A DNA stretch of 64,000 nt, from assembly GCA_004022145.1 (NCBI GenBank), contig RCNU01000001.1. One strand, 5' to 3'. Every line of letters begins with the position of its first letter. Within the stretch, counting starts at the first letter, position 1. Source of the stretch: Paecilomyces variotii (Eukaryota). A program made the translations under genes and the position numbers. Shown here one piece after another: positions 62,701-64,000 of the stretch. The notes beneath the pieces are model-generated. The model did no database searches, was not told where the DNA came from, and saw only the letters and a list, made by a program, of their open reading frames with translations.

Positions 62701-64000
62701 ATGTCCTCAGTATCGATGCTGTCAACAGGAACGACAACGGTTACGTCGATTTTGAGAAGATGCAGGGTCTGGAAGGGGTCGCGGTAGTCAACGTTGTTGG
62801 GAACGTCAAAGATGTGGAGAAGGGACAAGCGAAGAAGTTCCGGACCATGATCACCCACAATGACGGAGCACAATGGACACTTCTGGCGCCGCCATCGAAA
62901 GACTCAGAAGGCAAGGGCTACAACTGCAAAACCAACAACGGAAAGCCTACGGAGAAGTGCGCGCTACACCTTCATGGCTATACTGAGCGAAGAGATCCTC
63001 GCGCCACCTATGCGTCCGCCTCGGCGGTTGGTATCATGATGGGCGTTGGAAACGTTGGTGAATACTTGACCAACAAGCAAGATGGCGAGACCTTTATTAC
63101 CCGGGATGGCGGTATTACCTGGAAGGCTGTCAAGAAGGGAAGCTATTTATGGGAGTATGGCGACCAGGGTTCGGTCATTGTCATCGTTGAAGAGTCCAAA
63201 CCGACCAAGGTTGTCTACTACAGCGTCGACGAGGGCGAGACTTGGGAGGAATATCAGTTCTCGGATGTGGAGATGCAGATCGATGTGATCTCCACCGTTC
63301 CCTCGGACACGTCAAGGAACTTCCTCCTCTGGGGACGAGAACTGGGTGACAAGAAGAAGATTGCGACTGTTAACCTCGACTTCAGCGGTCTTCGCGACCG
63401 GCTTTGCAACTTGGAAGAAGACTCGGCTGAAAATGAAGATTATTACCTATGGGAACCCAAGCACCCGATGCAGGAAAACAACTGTCTTTTCGGCCACATT
63501 GAGCAGTACCACCGCAAGAAGCCGTCGGCGCACTGCTGGAACGACTGGAAGCAGCCGCACATCCACCGCATTGCTCAGAACTGCACCTGCACTAGAGAGG
63601 ATTATGAATGGTAAGGAGACTCTTCTAATAAAAATAGTCGTTTAATCGCAGGTTTAATGCTGACACCGTTTAATAGCGATTATAACTACGAACCGCAAAG
63701 CGATGGCAGCTGTGCTCTGGTTCCAGGCCTTCCGAAGCCGGACGCCTTGGCTGTCTGTCGGGATGACCCTGAGGCAATTGAATATTGGGAGCCGACTGGC
63801 TACCGTCGTATTCCGTTGACAACCTGCCAGGGTGGACTGCAGCTTGACCACATCGTGTCCAAGCCGTGTCCCAACAAGGAGAAGGAATACGAGAAAAAGC
63901 ATGGCATCAGTGGTGTCGGACTGTTCTTTGCCATTGTGACCCCCATCGCAGTGGCCGCAGGTGCTGGATACTGGATCTACACGAAATGGGACGGCAAATT
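59781..64000 (+). CDS. VPS10: Vacuolar protein sorting receptor Vps10/Pep1 (3' end beyond window)
   Basis: Signal peptide, many Asp-box repeats ([24 protein letters not shown]), two Cys-rich modules, TM helix near the window end; intron ~63611-63676. Confidence 0.96.

Noticed and set aside
62948-62960. 13-nt match to the MITE end (TACGGAGAAGTGC)
   Set aside because: Inside the intact VPS10 frame (PTEKC) with no partner repeat; coincidental.
1-64000. CRISPR arrays, rRNA/tRNA genes, PKS/NRPS backbone, Starship captain recombinase
   Set aside because: None recognised by eye; tRNAscan-SE, Rfam and HMM scans would be needed to exclude them fully.

Overview
Genomic DNA of a filamentous ascomycete, most likely Eurotiales (short GT-AG introns, fungal gene families, RIP-type mutation). 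The left ~26 kb looks accessory. It holds a RIP-degraded ~2.6 kb element with terminal inverted repeats next to an LTR-like segment, an amino acid permease, an alcohol acetyltransferase, an internally deleted RCC1 paralog, a GT8 glycosyltransferase, a PcpB-like FAD monooxygenase, a PTH11-like membrane protein and an MFS transporter. The right ~38 kb is mostly housekeeping (QutA-like Zn2Cys6 factor, NUS1, SEC10, TauD dioxygenase, aldo-keto reductase, AMP deaminase, VPS10). It is interrupted by a divergent pair of an HNH nuclease and an intronless bacterial-type phosphomannomutase, and by a 413-bp TA-flanked MITE. The best leads are the two enzymes of possible bacterial origin, the deleted RCC1 copy, the unidentified TIR element and a recurring TACGGAGTA motif that matches the MITE end. 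Family calls come from motif recognition by eye and from memory; no searches were run. Splice coordinates were read manually and may be off by a few bases.
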